In this document: in pieces, positions 19,802 to 29,345 of the stretch
How positions within the stretch are numbered: position 1 is the first letter of the stretch
Layout: the number at the start of each line of letters is the position of its first letter
Sequence record: NC_070936.1
Direction: 5' to 3' (one strand)
Length of the DNA: 64,000 nucleotides
The notes under the pieces: model-generated
What the model saw: the letters and a program-made list of their open reading frames with translations, nothing else
Databases searched by the model: none
What the model was told of the DNA's origin: nothing
Translations under genes and position numbers: made by a program

Positions 19802-21979
19802 ATGTCTCAAGAACAATCCAAGAACTTCCATTTCATCACCTCTAAATCTGGTGCTGATCTTAAAGCGATGATCAACGGTTTTGCAACCAACCCATCTGTA
19901 CACACTGGTAAAGATCTGGGCCTGGAAAGCATCGTTGGTAAAGAGTCCATGTCTCCGACTCTGCGTAACTTTGAAAAAGGTATGGGCTTCAACCAGCGTA
20001 ATGCTGTTAGCTCTGCTATCAGCGGTATTGCTAACTTCAACCAGCGCGCTCAACAGCTGCAGGACATGATCAAACACGGTGGTATGGAATCTTTCTCCAT
20101 GCAGCTGGATCAAGGTGCTGTTGCTCGTCAGAAAGCTGCTACCATCGACCTGAACGCCCGTTCTAACCGTCAGTGGGCTGCTGCTGAAGCTCTGTTCCCG
20201 ACCCTGGTTGTTCCTTACGATCAAGAAGCTCTGGTTCTGCCAATCGACATCGCTGGTGTTGGTGCATATAACAGCTCCGGTAACGCTAACGAAGCTTGGG
20301 AAGATCTACGTCCGATCGCTTCCGTTCTGGCTGACTCCACCTTCAACGCTGGTGACGACCTGAAACTGGTTCCGGTTCTGCCTGCTAACCCTGCTGATGC
20401 AAACACCGCTATGTTTGTTCCTTCAGCTGATTGGGCTCCGTGGGATGCTACTTATGACACTAACGACCTGCTGGGCCGTGAAACTCATAAAACCAACTAC
20501 CTGGCTATTCGCAAAATCAACAACCTGCTGAGCCTGTGCCGTGCTCCTGGTGCTGCTCCGTTCGAGCAGAACGATGAAATCGAAGCTTCTTCGATCCGTC
20601 TGCAGTCCCTGCTGTTCAAAGTTAAAACCAAAGATGGTGAAGGCTTTGTAACTCTGGACACCGAAAACATGGCTGGTGTTGCAGCTCGTCCTTCTACCGG
20701 TGTTACTTCCGATGAAAAACGTCAGATCAACTTCGTTCTGAACGGCATCAACGTAACCAACCTGAAAGACAAAGATGGTAAAGCTACCGAACTGTTCAAG
20801 TCTCTGACCGACGCTGGTCTGAAAGTATTCCTGAGCTTCGAACTGAGCGCTACCTATAGCCGTTCTACCCGTAGCTGGTCTCCGACTGTTTCTCCTGTTG
20901 CTATCGCTTACGTGATCAACAAAGACGGCGACAAACTGGTCCCAGGTACTCCAGGTATGCCAGAAGACATCACCAACCTGATCACTGCTCAGGCACTGGA
21001 AGCTTCTATCCACGGTATCCTGCTGAAACTGAACCATGCTAACACCAACCGTAGCCGTTACGGTACTACTGTTGTTTACGCTAACACCGTTAAGTCTTAC
21101 AACATCAACCGTCGCCAGCCGATCTCCGTTAAGTATCCGATGCTGAACGAAGATAACAACGCTGACGTTCTGGCAATGCTGGTTCAGCAGATGGACGTAA
21201 TGGTTACCCGTAACATGTCTCACGATGCATTTAAAGCGGCTAACATCCACTTTAACTACGTCTACGACAACAACGGTATGAAGATCGTTAACATCAACGA
21301 CGATTCCTCTTCTGTCCTGCCTGGTCAGCACTTCCTGGGTACCACTGGTATCGAAGCGAAACTGAACCTGGTTAAAGAAGTATCTACTCTGGATAGCAAA
21401 GATACTCGTGATAACATCGAAGCAACTCTGGTCAACAAGATCTATGACGTGATCACTGCGCTGCGTGTTAACTCTAACATCTCTGCTCTGAAAGAACTGG
21501 ATAACCGTCCTGAGTCTTACACCATCGTAGCTCACGCTGCTCTGGCTCCGTTCCTGATGACCACCGGTGACTACCGTACCTTCGGTGAAAATGTTAAGTT
21601 CAACATCGTTGAAACTAACATCAGCTCTGAAGTAGGTCGTATGTGGATCGTTCCGACTTCCATGACCAAAGAAGGTTCTGTTGATATCTTCGGTGGTATG
21701 GGCGTCTGTGTAGCTAAAGAACTGCTGGTAATCGAAGGTTCTGTAAACCAGGCCGATCGTCAATACCGCATGATCATCACTCAGCCTGCATACCAGCACC
21801 ACCCGCTGTGCCCAGTTGTTGGCCGTGTGACCATCGAAGACATCCAGGATCTGCTGGGTGACGAAGGTCTGATCACCAAGGTGAACAAACACCTGGCTGA
21901 AATCAGCGGCAAGATTGCTGTTGACAACGGTACTACTGGTACTGGTAAAGAAGTTGCTATCGAAATCCCTAAAGGTTAA
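19802..21979 (+). CDS. Major capsid protein (phiKZ gp120-like)
   Basis: 725 aa, strongest codon bias in the window; A..N..Q..AAEALFPTLVV motif, propeptide with GLE, GKE and GGME|SF sites; strong terminator follows; synteny DnaB-gp119-MCP. Confidence 0.9.
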   Translation: MSQEQSKNFHFITSKSGADLKAMINGFATNPSVHTGKDLGLESIVGKESMSPTLRNFEKGMGFNQRNAVSSAISGIANFNQRAQQLQDMIKHGGMESFSMQLDQGAVARQKAATIDLNARSNRQWAAAEALFPTLVVPYDQEALVLPIDIAGVGAYNSSGNANEAWEDLRPIASVLADSTFNAGDDLKLVPVLPANPADANTAMFVPSADWAPWDATYDTNDLLGRETHKTNYLAIRKINNLLSLCRAPGAAPFEQNDEIEASSIRLQSLLFKVKTKDGEGFVTLDTENMAGVAARPSTGVTSDEKRQINFVLNGINVTNLKDKDGKATELFKSLTDAGLKVFLSFELSATYSRSTRSWSPTVSPVAIAYVINKDGDKLVPGTPGMPEDITNLITAQALEASIHGILLKLNHANTNRSRYGTTVVYANTVKSYNINRRQPISVKYPMLNEDNNADVLAMLVQQMDVMVTRNMSHDAFKAANIHFNYVYDNNGMKIVNINDDSSSVLPGQHFLGTTGIEAKLNLVKEVSTLDSKDTRDNIEATLVNKIYDVITALRVNSNISALKELDNRPESYTIVAHAALAPFLMTTGDYRTFGENVKFNIVETNISSEVGRMWIVPTSMTKEGSVDIFGGMGVCVAKELLVIEGSVNQADRQYRMIITQPAYQHHPLCPVVGRVTIEDIQDLLGDEGLITKVNKHLAEISGKIAVDNGTTGTGKEVAIEIPKG

Positions 21980-22014
21980 TATAGCGACCGAACAAAAATA
22001 AGTGATTACGCTTT

Positions 22015-22051
22015 CCTCCTACCTCACCTTCGGGTGGGGTAGGGGGTTTTT
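22015..22051 (+). terminator. Intrinsic terminator after the capsid gene (GTAGG family)
   Basis: CCTCCTACCTCACC-TTCG-GGTGGGGTAGGGGG-TTTTT. Confidence 0.85.
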
Positions 22052-22081
22052 GTTGTCTATTGAAAATAACTTCTAAAAATG

Positions 22082-22106
22082 TTTAGGCAGATATTATCTA
22101 CTTGTA
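22082..22106 (+). promoter_or_regulatory. Putative phage early (virion RNAP) promoter
   Basis: TTTAGGCAGATATTATCTACTTGTA; near-identical to motifs at 28564 and 58156; sits between a terminator and the nvRNAP operon. Confidence 0.65.
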
Positions 22107-22141
22107 AACGTATGATCGTTTATAAACAAGAGGATATATAA

Positions 22142-23230
22142 GTGGCTAGAGTTAGTGGTGATAATTGGCATCACGGCTGGGACACTCCATATGTCGAAGG
22201 TATTGAATATTTCAACTATACTGACTTTGATATCACTGTGACTGATAAGTTAGGTGTAGAGTGTGAGATATTGCGATCTGACGAACGCCCTGCAAGGTTA
22301 GAAGACCGAGGTAAGGTGATTGTTAGGATTACTCGCTTAATCGATCCTAGACGTGTTAGAGTCCCAAGTACTGATGCACAACTTGCAGCCGATAGAATGT
22401 ATCTTGAATCTTTCAAGGAAGCTGTCGAGAATGCAAGTAAAAATAGGATAGGGATTTATGAATCTGAACATAATCAGATCAGAGTTACGTGTCAAGCAGA
22501 AATTCGGTTAGACTTCTATCTTCAGAATACCGTTGTTAAATCCAACCTGTTGGGGATTACTGTCCGTGCAACGAATAATGTCGTTGATAAATCGCACGGT
22601 AACACACCAGAAGGATATATCAATGATGTCATTCTGAATGAATTAAAGGATGCCGATGAACAAGCGGATGAAGGGCAGGATAAAGGTATCCGAACTTTAT
22701 TCTCCGCTAGATTAATTGATAACCATAATCGGGTCGGTACTTTATGGACCACAGGGTTCGGTGAAGTGACCAGGATTATCCCAGTAAAAGATGAGGAGCA
22801 AGCAGAAGGGCTATATTTAGCCGGTGGATTAGGATTACAACATAAAGAATTTATTCCAATTGAAGAACTCATTCAACCCAAAAGAATGCTGGGACTGAAT
22901 GTTCATCGTACTGAAATAGATGCCAGGAAATTTGGCTTAGGAGAATATACCATTTCGGTTATGACCGAACGAGATAAAATTAGAAAAGAATGTAAAGATC
23001 TACGTACTGAAAACAAGAAGCTTGCTAGTAAAGTGGATGACTTGGAAAACAAGATCAGTATCGAAAAGATCAATAAGGCCCATGGTGATTTTAAACACAC
23101 AGTCTCTATGGAATATATAAAAGAAAACAACGTTAATAATGCTTTAGGTGGATTTTCGAGGTTAGTTTCTCTCGTCGTGTCCAACATTAAAACATTTATA
23201 AGCCTTGCTTCTATACTAAGAGCGATGTAA
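22142..23230 (+). CDS. Conserved hypothetical protein with C-terminal coiled coil and amphipathic tail (phiKZ gp122-like position)
   Basis: 362 aa, GTG start with GAGGA RBS. Confidence 0.65.
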   Translation: MARVSGDNWHHGWDTPYVEGIEYFNYTDFDITVTDKLGVECEILRSDERPARLEDRGKVIVRITRLIDPRRVRVPSTDAQLAADRMYLESFKEAVENASKNRIGIYESEHNQIRVTCQAEIRLDFYLQNTVVKSNLLGITVRATNNVVDKSHGNTPEGYINDVILNELKDADEQADEGQDKGIRTLFSARLIDNHNRVGTLWTTGFGEVTRIIPVKDEEQAEGLYLAGGLGLQHKEFIPIEELIQPKRMLGLNVHRTEIDARKFGLGEYTISVMTERDKIRKECKDLRTENKKLASKVDDLENKISIEKINKAHGDFKHTVSMEYIKENNVNNALGGFSRLVSLVVSNIKTFISLASILRAM

Positions 23231-23242
23231 CTAGGAGTTAAA

Positions 23243-24937
23243 ATGGATCCACAATTTCTGAAGAAAGTGAGAAAGCAACGCGGAGGCTTTACTCAAGCTT
23301 TAGTTGATGGGTGGCATAAAAAGGACATGGACAGGATTGTTCCACACCTGACCAAGTGCTTTGAAAATATGTTCAGGTCTCTACAGGAAAAGGGCTATTA
23401 TTTCGATGGGATTGAGGAAGTGTGTCCTCTTGAGTTCTATAACTCGATCACTCGTTCTAGTAGTAGTGGGACCAAGGATTTTGAAATCGCCAAGAACAGT
23501 TTCTTTGGAGTTCGTATCAAGAACCATTTCAAAGATCCTGTAACTGGTATTGAATCAGAATTAAAATGCCCTCTGATGTTCTTACCTTATACCAATATCT
23601 ACGGTGACATCTATACACGTAACTCCACATATTCCATGCAATATGTGTTGTCTGAACGTGGTCCTTCTGTTGATGGTGGTCGTGACAAAACCATTTTCAT
23701 CAGGGTGTTGGGTTATAAGTTTAAAGTAACTAAAGAGATCCACACATTTAACCGTGTATTCCGCAGTGGAAACAAAGTTAATACTGGTGCGATCAATATG
23801 ACGCTTCCAGCTAACCGTTTCTATAACTCCAAAAATGATCGCAAGATCACCAGTAAGAAAGTTCCAATTCCATTACTGGCCTGGTACGTGTTTGGTAAAT
23901 ATGGATTCACACACTGCATGAAACAATTTGCAGAATGTGATTACATGATCGACACCTTAGACACTCTGCTCGATATTTGTCCAGAGTCTGATGGTTGGCA
24001 GATCTATTCCAACACAGGTTGCATTCATCCAAAAGCATTCGATCGCCCTAAAGGCGCTCCGCTGTTAGATGAACCAGCAATTGCGATTAAGAGCATTAAC
24101 AAAGGTGGTGAAATCTCCAACCTTGCACTGCAATATACCGCAGGGCTGTTGTTCATGTTTGGTGTCTTCAGTCACGAATTAGATATTCGTCGTCTGGATG
24201 ATATTAACTATTGGCGTCTGATCATTGGCAGGTGTTCTATTCGCCTACCAGCTAAAACTCTACCTGATGTTTATCTGCGTCAGATGAACGAGCACTTCAG
24301 CTCTGTAGAGGAATATGCTGATGACATCACCATCGACAAGTATAATAAGTTTGACATTGAAGTTCGTGACACTTATGAGTTACTGAACTATCTCATGATG
24401 AACTATTCTAACTTGATCAAACTGTATGACCCTGCGAACATGCTTCATAAAGAAGTAGCCTCTATGGAATTCATCGTCGACTTCCTGATTCACCAGGCGA
24501 ACGACTTTAAGTTCATGATTCGTAATAAAAGTAATATCACGCCGAAGATTATCAACCGAGAACTAGACGCTCACTTCCGTCTGTTTAATGCTGATAAATC
24601 CGTACGCGAAAATAACACCATACTCGAACAGACTGGTACCGATAATCCATTCATCGACTATGGACTGGGAATTATCCTTCAAACCAAATCCACCGTTAAC
24701 CGCGGTCCTGGTAAGAAGAAGGAAGAATTTGATCCCAACCATCCCGGTAGTATCATCCACGCATCTCAGCCTTTTGTTGTGTCTTATCAGTTCTCTACTA
24801 AACCTAACCCAGATGCTCGTGGTTTCTTCCAACCGCGTGTTCACTTGGATCAGGATAAGTATACTGGTTTAAGACCTGAAGACAGGGCGTTGTATGAAGC
24901 TACTGAACACAGACTTAAGTTTAGAGAAGGTAAATAA
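23243..24937 (+). CDS. Non-virion RNA polymerase beta-like subunit (phiKZ gp123-like)
   Basis: 564 aa; MFLPY....GDIY.RNSTY..QYVLSERG segment like beta-subunit N-terminal regions; synteny downstream of the capsid; AGGAG RBS. Confidence 0.75.
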   Translation: MDPQFLKKVRKQRGGFTQALVDGWHKKDMDRIVPHLTKCFENMFRSLQEKGYYFDGIEEVCPLEFYNSITRSSSSGTKDFEIAKNSFFGVRIKNHFKDPVTGIESELKCPLMFLPYTNIYGDIYTRNSTYSMQYVLSERGPSVDGGRDKTIFIRVLGYKFKVTKEIHTFNRVFRSGNKVNTGAINMTLPANRFYNSKNDRKITSKKVPIPLLAWYVFGKYGFTHCMKQFAECDYMIDTLDTLLDICPESDGWQIYSNTGCIHPKAFDRPKGAPLLDEPAIAIKSINKGGEISNLALQYTAGLLFMFGVFSHELDIRRLDDINYWRLIIGRCSIRLPAKTLPDVYLRQMNEHFSSVEEYADDITIDKYNKFDIEVRDTYELLNYLMMNYSNLIKLYDPANMLHKEVASMEFIVDFLIHQANDFKFMIRNKSNITPKIINRELDAHFRLFNADKSVRENNTILEQTGTDNPFIDYGLGIILQTKSTVNRGPGKKKEEFDPNHPGSIIHASQPFVVSYQFSTKPNPDARGFFQPRVHLDQDKYTGLRPEDRALYEATEHRLKFREGK

Positions 24938-24940
24938 GAA

Positions 24941-27352
24941 ATGACTATGAACAATGGCCCACAAGTATTAACTGGTCGTAACCCTCAGACTCAAACCCTG
25001 ATGGGTAATCAACAAAATGGTAACCTGGGTGGGCAGCCCCAGCAACCACAAATACAGCAAAACAATAACCCACTTGCTCAGCTGGCAGGTTTCTCTGCTA
25101 AGATCGCAGGTCAGGTTAATAACCCTAATAGTCAGACAAGTTTGTATTCCACTGTAACTTCCCGTAACAACTATGCACATCTGTTGTGTCTGGAAGATAA
25201 CGCAGCCGAAGAACAAATGAAAGCGCAAGCATTGGCAGATGCTGGCAACCTGGCTACTAACATCTTTAATATCTGTGCACGTCGTATTGTTCAGAACCCG
25301 TTCTATCGTGTTCACTGTGCGGCTAAGGAACGTTTCAAGTCCCCACGTAAAAATCTTCCACCTGATCAAACTCTGAGTGCGTTTATCGACGAGATCGATA
25401 GTAACCAGATTCTGTATCAATTCATCCTGGCAAACGTCTCCATTATGTTCACCGCAGAATTTGCAAACGCAATCATGCGTGGTGATGAGCGTGTGCGTAC
25501 CGATCGTGCTGTTGTAGATGATATGTATTATCGTTGTACTATCGATGCAATCTACATGCAGTATTTCGATTTCCTGGCGCAGCATCCAGATGGTTCCCAG
25601 ATTTATTATAACGCAGCTCCAGTTGTTAAGGAAGTGTTGAATGATCTTGAACCAAAACTGTATGACATGGTCCTGAGCAAGTTTACTTTTGTAAACGTTC
25701 AATGTCCATGGCGTAAAGGTCGTCTGGGTGAATTGCAACAGCGCTCTACTCAGTCTAATCCATTGTTGGATAATTCCAATATCATGGATATGGGTTTTGC
25801 TGGGACTTATTATGATCCTAACTATAATCCAAACATGGCTGGACTGGCAGGTCAGACTAATGATGCTGGTCTGCGGGAGCTTCAGGAATATGTCCGTCAG
25901 AAAGCTGCAGGTTATACTCCTAAGCCACAACAGCCGACAGAGGAAAACCGTATCCTGCAAACTACTTATGGCGGGTATGATCAGCCAGAACTGAAACTGG
26001 AAGATATGACTCGTGAGAACCGCCTGCGTTATTCGCTGGATAAATGGGGTTCTCAGATTCCTGGTACTGAGTGGTGGGTGATGCGTGAGAAGGACGTGGT
26101 TCACTTTGCTCGTGTTATGGATATGGATGATGGCATTCCATTCCGTGTTCGTGATACACGTTGTGTAGGAACTGTTCCTGTATATCGTTTCAACTGGCAG
26201 AACGGTACATTTAACTTCCGTCTTGTTAAACATAAACTACAGGCATTTGATATCATGGGAACTTTGATCAGTAATCCTGATAAACTGTTACCGTACATGT
26301 ATGAAGAAGATGGTGTTCAGAAAACTACTTTCGATCCAACCATTCTGGAAACTAGCAAGTTCGTAAATGAAGGACATGTTATCCCAGTTGGTGAAATGAA
26401 AGAGCTGGAGAAAGAACCTGATATTCTGATCGGCAACAAACCGATGAAAGCTAATCAGGGAAATGAACACATCCTGAATCGCATGGACGTTATTACTCAA
26501 ACTTATGATCCAAAGAACAAACTGGACGCATTTGTAATGCCGATGGTTATTACTCGTGAATGGCAGATGGATTCCCATGTTAATATGGATCGTTTCTATT
26601 CCCAGTTCCGTGTAATGGTTCAAGGTAATACTGCTGGTATGGATGATACCATCCAGGTACTGCGCAGCATTCGTGCAGCATATAACGAATGTGAAGACCA
26701 AGAATTTAAAGATTTCATTAAACCATATATCACCAACCTGGTTAACCGTTATCTGATCGAAGTTCGTGGTTATGCAGAAACCAAACAAGAATCTATCGAT
26801 TCTGGTGTGATCTGTTATCTGAAGTCTTCCGACATCTTTGAAGATCTGGAAGATTGGATTGAATGTCTGAAAAACGACGACCTTCCTACTCTGCGTGCTT
26901 TTGCTGACTATCGTTTCAATACTTTCATGCGCATGGGTATTGAAGTTCTGTGTGGACCAGAACAAGTAAAAGAAGAGTATCAAGAAAAATATGGTAAAGA
27001 CGATGATGAGATCTTTGTGGCTGCAATGCTGAAGTCTGCAGAGAAAGCAGTAATCATCAAACGTAACACCGTGTTCTTCAATCTCCGTAAACAACCAGCC
27101 CCACATACCGTAGAAGCAATTACCATTAAAGAGTCAGTAAACCCAGAACTGTTTGCAATTATCCGTGAAGCTACTCGTATCACAGCGAAACACTTCAAAG
27201 ATACTCCGCAAATCCTGGTACGCTTTGAAACCGATTCCGGTAACAAAGTCTTTACTGTAACTCCAAGTGGTTTCGATCCAGAATCCGTAGTGACCTTACG
27301 CCCTGTTGATGCAGGACAAACGTATTGCCACCCATATCCGATTGTGGACTAA
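24941..27352 (+). CDS. Large hypothetical protein with Q/N-rich disordered N terminus
   Basis: 803 aa starting 3 nt after the RNAP subunit stop; N terminus rich in N/Q/P/G. Confidence 0.7.
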   Translation: MTMNNGPQVLTGRNPQTQTLMGNQQNGNLGGQPQQPQIQQNNNPLAQLAGFSAKIAGQVNNPNSQTSLYSTVTSRNNYAHLLCLEDNAAEEQMKAQALADAGNLATNIFNICARRIVQNPFYRVHCAAKERFKSPRKNLPPDQTLSAFIDEIDSNQILYQFILANVSIMFTAEFANAIMRGDERVRTDRAVVDDMYYRCTIDAIYMQYFDFLAQHPDGSQIYYNAAPVVKEVLNDLEPKLYDMVLSKFTFVNVQCPWRKGRLGELQQRSTQSNPLLDNSNIMDMGFAGTYYDPNYNPNMAGLAGQTNDAGLRELQEYVRQKAAGYTPKPQQPTEENRILQTTYGGYDQPELKLEDMTRENRLRYSLDKWGSQIPGTEWWVMREKDVVHFARVMDMDDGIPFRVRDTRCVGTVPVYRFNWQNGTFNFRLVKHKLQAFDIMGTLISNPDKLLPYMYEEDGVQKTTFDPTILETSKFVNEGHVIPVGEMKELEKEPDILIGNKPMKANQGNEHILNRMDVITQTYDPKNKLDAFVMPMVITREWQMDSHVNMDRFYSQFRVMVQGNTAGMDDTIQVLRSIRAAYNECEDQEFKDFIKPYITNLVNRYLIEVRGYAETKQESIDSGVICYLKSSDIFEDLEDWIECLKNDDLPTLRAFADYRFNTFMRMGIEVLCGPEQVKEEYQEKYGKDDDEIFVAAMLKSAEKAVIIKRNTVFFNLRKQPAPHTVEAITIKESVNPELFAIIREATRITAKHFKDTPQILVRFETDSGNKVFTVTPSGFDPESVVTLRPVDAGQTYCHPYPIVD

Positions 27353-27418
27353 TTGATTTAAAGGTGAACTGTAGAAAAATTAACTAAGTTAATTCATGAA
27401 TTAAAATAGCTATAGATT

Positions 27419-27451
27419 GGAGAACTGGGCGGAGGCTCGGTTCTCCTTTCT
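27419..27451 (+). terminator. Intrinsic terminator
   Basis: GGAGAACTGGGC-GGAG-GCTCGGTTCTCC-TTTCT. Confidence 0.7.
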
Positions 27452-27567
27452 GCCTTCTGTATCGTCCTGTAGAGACTTTAGTTATAAAGACCGATAAGTA
27501 TTAGCCTTTATAGATAAAGCTTCTCAGAAGCTCTTACATAACCGTTAAACATATATAGGAAATAGCA

Positions 27568-27996
27568 ATGAAAACCTTTACCACTTCTATCTTCGTTCCT
27601 TCCGTAGCCAAAGAAGAAATGAACTTGATTGATAGACTGGAATTGGCAAGTAACCTGAACAAACCAGTTAACCTACCTGACAACTTAATGCACGGTGGTT
27701 TGGATGATGTTCAGGAAGGTGAAGAATTCATTCTGGTTGTAAATGGACTTCATGAACGTCACGAAATTAAAATGCGTGGTTGTAATAAAGTAGCGGGTAA
27801 AGTACGCTTCATGTTTGTTGAACCTGAGAAGCCTGAAGTATTCCGCTTTGCTCAGTGGCGGTTACGCTCAGCTAACTTAATGAGTATGAAGAATGGCAAA
27901 GAGTTACAACTACGTAATTTCTCTGCTCAAGATCTTCGTCGCTTGATTCGTCACAGTGTCGCCAACCAAGAACGCAAAATGGTAGAATATCGTTAA
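27568..27996 (+). CDS. Hypothetical protein
   Basis: 142 aa, AGGA RBS. Confidence 0.65.
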   Translation: MKTFTTSIFVPSVAKEEMNLIDRLELASNLNKPVNLPDNLMHGGLDDVQEGEEFILVVNGLHERHEIKMRGCNKVAGKVRFMFVEPEKPEVFRFAQWRLRSANLMSMKNGKELQLRNFSAQDLRRLIRHSVANQERKMVEYR

Positions 27997-28007
27997 GGAA
28001 TAGAATT

Positions 28008-28190
28008 ATGTCCGCAGAAGAAAAGTTTGATGATTACCTGAAAGAAAACAGAGATGCCTCTTATGCAGAGATCCAAAGTAAGATGGAAGAGATCTTAGGT
28101 GCTGAAGGGGAATGTAACCGTGAAGAGTTAGAGGAAATGTTGGATGAACATTTTGAAGATTACCAAAGCACTCCCGAAGATTTCGAGTAG
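28008..28190 (+). CDS. Small acidic hypothetical protein
   Basis: 60 aa, AAGGA RBS, very Glu/Asp-rich. Confidence 0.6.
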   Translation: MSAEEKFDDYLKENRDASYAEIQSKMEEILGAEGECNREELEEMLDEHFEDYQSTPEDFE

Positions 28191-28191
28191 C

Positions 28192-28533
28192 ATGGTGCTT
28201 TATGATGATGAGTTATCTCTGAGAGAGTTAGCTAGAGATATCGAGTCGATGAACTGTAAGTTAGAAATATTCGAAATAATTAATGAAAGAATAGCTAACT
28301 ATCATCCGGTGATGTCACATGCAATGATCGAGTTGCTCCCAGGTGAAATTGAACATATGTTTGGTCAATACCTTATACAAGTTCTCGAATCGAATAAAAC
28401 ACCTTGGGCAATTGCTTTAGAATTCCAGGATAAATACTGGGATCTTTTAAAGGGTAATGTGATCAATATACTTAGACTTAAACTAGGTATAATTGGATAT
28501 GATCCTAAAGTCTGGTTAGAAGCAGGTAAGTAA
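28192..28533 (+). CDS. Hypothetical protein
   Basis: Probable start ATG 28192, immediately after the previous TAG (MVLYDDEL...). Confidence 0.55.
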   Translation: MVLYDDELSLRELARDIESMNCKLEIFEIINERIANYHPVMSHAMIELLPGEIEHMFGQYLIQVLESNKTPWAIALEFQDKYWDLLKGNVINILRLKLGIIGYDPKVWLEAGK

Positions 28534-28563
28534 AATAATGGCCTGAGATTCAGTTGAAAGAAA

Positions 28564-28589
28564 TTTCAGGTCTATATCATCTAAGTGTA
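28564..28589 (+). promoter_or_regulatory. Putative phage early promoter
   Basis: TTTCAGGTCTATATCATCTAAGTGTA, same spacing as the 22082 and 58156 copies. Confidence 0.6.
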
Positions 28590-28622
28590 TAAGACAATAA
28601 ATATTTATACATGGAGATCTAT

Positions 28623-29285
28623 ATGTCTCGTAATATCAAATACTTAGGTTCTAACTGTAAACCGGTAACAACCGAGACTGTAGAATCTAAACAAACAAAT
28701 CAATTAAACTCTAGTAAGGAAATCAAAATGGAAAACGTACAAACTGCAGCTATCGAACTGAACACCACTGTTGAAGCAGTAGAAACCGCTCAACCTGAAA
28801 CCATCGAAGTTACCGCACCTACCAACAACCAACCTGTGGAAGAGAAAGACATGAACATCGAAACTAAAGAAGACAAACTGAAAGAAGCCGCGCAGATCGC
28901 TTCCGAAGTCAGAACCCGTAATGTTAACTGGCACGCTGTATCTGCATCAGCAGTAATTGCCGGCGTGGCTGTGGGCTCTCGCCTGATCGTTGAAAACAAA
29001 ACCACTGAAGAAAATCACAGTGCTCTGGAAATCGTAGGTCGCGTAGCAGCAGTATCAACTGTTGCTGCTGGTATGAGCTTCGTTACTCAGAAGCTCGCTC
29101 CTTCCATTGCAAATAACGACAGCTATAACCTGATGACCACTGCAACAATTGCAAATGGTCTGAGTGTAGCTGACGCATTCTTCGGTGATGACCTGGTTGC
29201 CATGATGAATGGCGCGGGTGCTAAGGTTACTGAAACTGTAACCGAAATGTTCAACAAAGAAGAAGCAGCAGAACTGGAAGCATAA
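28623..29285 (+). CDS. Putative membrane-associated protein, acidic N terminus and three Ala/Val/Gly-rich hydrophobic segments
   Basis: ATG 28623 with GGAGA RBS; second in-frame ATG 28728 with AAGGA RBS; own promoter and terminator. Confidence 0.6.
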   Translation: MSRNIKYLGSNCKPVTTETVESKQTNQLNSSKEIKMENVQTAAIELNTTVEAVETAQPETIEVTAPTNNQPVEEKDMNIETKEDKLKEAAQIASEVRTRNVNWHAVSASAVIAGVAVGSRLIVENKTTEENHSALEIVGRVAAVSTVAAGMSFVTQKLAPSIANNDSYNLMTTATIANGLSVADAFFGDDLVAMMNGAGAKVTETVTEMFNKEEAAELEA

Positions 29286-29292
29286 TAGCTAA

Positions 29293-29322
29293 CCTCCTAC
29301 TCACCGATTGGTGAGTAGGAGG
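29293..29322. terminator. Bidirectional terminator (GTAGG family)
   Basis: Perfect 13-bp stem CCTCCTACTCACC-GATT-GGTGAGTAGGAGG between convergent genes. Confidence 0.8.
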
Positions 29323-29345
29323 ATTAACTTAGTTACTTATTTTTT

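Noticed and set aside
20423-21892. 489-aa antisense ORF opposite the major capsid gene
   Set aside because: Same codon-bias artefact; entirely inside the capsid gene with no recognisable domain.
24968-27106. 421-aa and 272-aa antisense ORFs opposite the 803-aa gene
   Set aside because: Shadow ORFs of a biased coding strand with no motif or RBS support.
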